Made by a program: the position numbers and the translations under genes
The notes under the pieces: generated by a model
Seen by the model: the letters and a program-made list of their open reading frames with translations, nothing else
Told to the model about the DNA's origin: nothing
Databases searched by the model: none
Assembly: GCA_965267575.1 (NCBI GenBank)
Contig: OZ254086.1
Coordinates: 2,272,001-2,336,000 of the forward strand
Source: Calditrichales bacterium
Lineage (GTDB): Bacteria > Calditrichota > Calditrichia > Calditrichales > J004
Direction: 5' to 3'
Length of the DNA: 64,000 bases
Shown here: positions 63,154-64,000 of the stretch, piece after piece
Position numbering within the stretch: the stretch's first letter is position 1
How the letters are laid out: each line of letters begins with the position of its first letter

Positions 63154-64000
63154 ATGAAAAAACTAATCCCGGCTCTTTTGGTCTTTTGTTTTTTGGGAAG
63201 CATAAACGCCGCCAACAACGGCCTGGCTTTTCTCAAGATTCCCACGGACGCGCGGGCCGCGGCCATGGCCGGTGCTTTCGTCGCCTCCAGCGATGATGCC
63301 TCGGCGACGCAGTGGAATCCAGCCGGATTAGCAGCTGCTGAATCGCGCTCGCTGGTTGTGATGCATAACGCCTGGCTGTGGGATTTTCAGCACAATATGG
63401 CCGGTGTGCAGTTCGCAACGGGTAAGCATAATTGGGCCGTTTCATTCAACATGCTGCGCGTGGACGGTATAGAAATCCGCGGAGAAAAACCTACAACCGA
63501 TGCAGCCGGTACAACTGAAGCGTTTACTATGGCGGCAGCCCTCAGCTACGCCACAACACTCAGCAGCTGGCAGATCGGCGCCAACATAAAGTACCTGTTC
63601 GAGCAATATTATCTGGATAGCGCGCCGGGCTGGGCGCTGGACCTGGGTATTCGTAAAAACACTATTTTCGCCAATACCGATTTCGGGGCAAGTGTTTTCA
63701 ACATGGGCAGCATGTCTAATCTGGCGCAGGAAGCAACACCATTGCCGCTGATGGTCCGGGCCGGTTTAGCCTGGACGCCGGAGTTAAATTTTTTGAATAA
63801 GAACGTCCAGCTGTTGCCTCAGATAACCTGGGTGAAAGATGAAAACACCTATGGGCAGCTTGGTCTGGCCTATACCTTAAATTCCATTCTGACGCTGCGT
63901 GGCGGATGGCTGCAAAATGCTGATGCAGCGCGCTGGTCGGGCGGCCTTAGTATTACATACAAAAGTCTCAGTGTAGACTACGCCTATACCGCGCACGACT
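63154..64000 (+). CDS. Second PorV/PorQ-family barrel (3' truncated by window; absent from ORF track)
   Basis: MKKLIPALL...FLKIPTDARAAAMAGAFVA..DDASATQWNPAGL, GANIKY, DLG, LPL..RAG, LRGG, VDYAY; frame open to the window end. Confidence 0.85.
   Translation, partial: MKKLIPALLVFCFLGSINAANNGLAFLKIPTDARAAAMAGAFVASSDDASATQWNPAGLAAAESRSLVVMHNAWLWDFQHNMAGVQFATGKHNWAVSFNMLRVDGIEIRGEKPTTDAAGTTEAFTMAAALSYATTLSSWQIGANIKYLFEQYYLDSAPGWALDLGIRKNTIFANTDFGASVFNMGSMSNLAQEATPLPLMVRAGLAWTPELNFLNKNVQLLPQITWVKDENTYGQLGLAYTLNSILTLRGGWLQNADAARWSGGLSITYKSLSVDYAYTAHD

Overview
Bacterial chromosome window, Gram-negative and probably a non-Bacteroidetes FCB lineage such as Calditrichota/KSB1. This is an inference from SprA/PorV genes combined with Shine-Dalgarno sites and TTGnnn-17-TAnnnT promoters. 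Layout: (1) 1-2783, a YnjE-like rhodanese followed by sufS-sufE. (2) 2786-22733, about 27 small, functionally unrelated accessory genes, all on the minus strand and downstream of tRNA-Thr(CGT); an AT-rich BglII/BstYI-type restriction-modification pair lies next to the tRNA. (3) DUF971, pepT, dusB and a porin. (4) 28292-34354, a four-gene operon: PLP fold-II enzyme, DUF1611/DgcN-like protein, a MurL-like PP-loop domain fused to a creatininase domain, and an enolase-family epimerase. This is the best candidate for an undescribed D-amino-acid or peptide stereo-inversion pathway. (5) GH13 lipoprotein, DUF4922, GDPD, amn, DoxX, lhr, DUF5916, lptG/lptF. (6) A T9SS-like cluster: sprA, M28 peptidase, prmA, ppx, a choice-of-anchor-X-like lipoprotein, a CTD-bearing propeller protein and two PorV-like barrels. 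Five or six intergenic spacers carry a composite repeat with a fixed polar order: 7-mer tandem, TGTCAT..ATGACA palindromes, 6-mer tandem, 8-mer CAAGACNN tandem, then the start codon. I saw no CRISPR array, rRNA, integrase or transposase. All family assignments come from motif recognition, not database searches.
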